A stretch of DNA of 63,179 bases, filler included, from Vezdaea acicularis (Eukaryota): the NCBI GenBank assembly GCA_026025075.1. It is 3 parts of 3 records of this genome, joined end to end, with 100 filler letters (N's around TTAATTAATTAA, not from the genome) between each part and the next. Parts side by side here need not be neighbours in the genome. Positions count along the whole stretch, not along the records: positions 44,934 to 63,179 come from JAPEUI010000205.1; 2 more parts are not named here. One strand, given 5' to 3'. Every line of letters starts with the position of its first letter. The first letter of the stretch is position 1. Shown piece by piece: positions 62,601 through 63,179 of this stretch. The notes under the pieces were generated by a model. That model searched no databases. It worked only from the letters and a program-made list of their open reading frames with translations, and was not told the DNA's origin. The position numbers and the translations under genes are program-made.

Positions 62601-62959
62601 CTGAGACGGTCGCCTACTTAGGTATCTCAGTTACCAGCAAAGGTAAGATATGTTGGGAAGGTATATCTTGGATTGCTATCTTGATATAAGCACGAGTCCT
62701 CCATAAGGGTGGACTCGCACTCCTATATAGAAGTCTAGTTTGTGCTGTGACCAGTGGTGACTGCCACGACCGGTGATCCAAACCGCCGGTCACACCAGGC
62801 ACGCCCGGCGAGGTTTTGGTAACCCGTCCCCGCCATTTGTGCATCCTGCGTAGTTGGTCTGCCCTGCATCCCGCCTACCTCCGGTGGTCGTTGACTGTCA
62901 GGACCGTCGTCCGTAACATTTACCAGGCTAGTTGTTTCAAAGAAGGTGCTAATTTTCGG

Positions 62960-63179
62960 TAGGGCACCAGTTTCAGGTAGGTGCCAGTTTCAGGTAGGTG
63001 CCAGTTTCAGATCGGTGCCATCTCCAGTAGAAGCCAATTTAGGACACCCGTCTCAGGTAGGTGCCAGTTTCAGATTGGTGCCAATTTTAGTGGGGCGCCA
63101 ATTTCAGGTAGGTGCCAGTCTCATTAAGGTATCAATTTCAGTAGATTGCCAATTCAAGTAGAGCATTAATTTCAGTAGG
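62960..63179. repeat. 17-bp minisatellite (GTGCCAGTTTCAGGTAG), running to the window end
   Basis: About 12 progressively diverged copies. Confidence 0.85.

Overview
Eukaryotic DNA from a filamentous ascomycete (Pezizomycotina-type genes with short GT-AG introns and CTAAC-like branch points). It consists of three contig pieces joined by artificial N/TTAATTAATTAA spacers at 22471-22570 and 44834-44933. Conserved housekeeping genes: HOT/ADHFE1, a GT32-like glycosyltransferase, RSM26, COQ10, TRM140, DOA4-like, ATG3, ALG5, YSA1, VPS34, DHR2, PUP1, NUP159, LSO2/CCDC124 and SDH7. Two accessory or transposon-rich zones lie at about 28.8-41.4 kb and 59-63 kb. The most striking unexplained structure is a family of non-coding arrays (3261-6070 on +, about 16 units; 57508-58880 in reverse, about 8 units). 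Each unit is a ~71-bp quasi-palindromic core, CGYAACGCGAAAA..TCACGTGA..GCACGTG..TTTTGCGTTGC. Motif spacing is nearly fixed (22 bp then 21 bp, about two helical turns) while the bases between motifs and the linkers diverge, and many units repeat at about 150-175 bp. Also present: a three-copy ~270-bp MITE with 36-bp TIRs and variable 3-bp TSDs, an RPN4 pseudogene fragment, an Est1/SMG6-like gene with a degenerate PIN domain, a kinase fused to an RfeG-like domain, and an LTR-disrupted DUF6601-like pseudogene. All family assignments are from motif recognition, not database searches.
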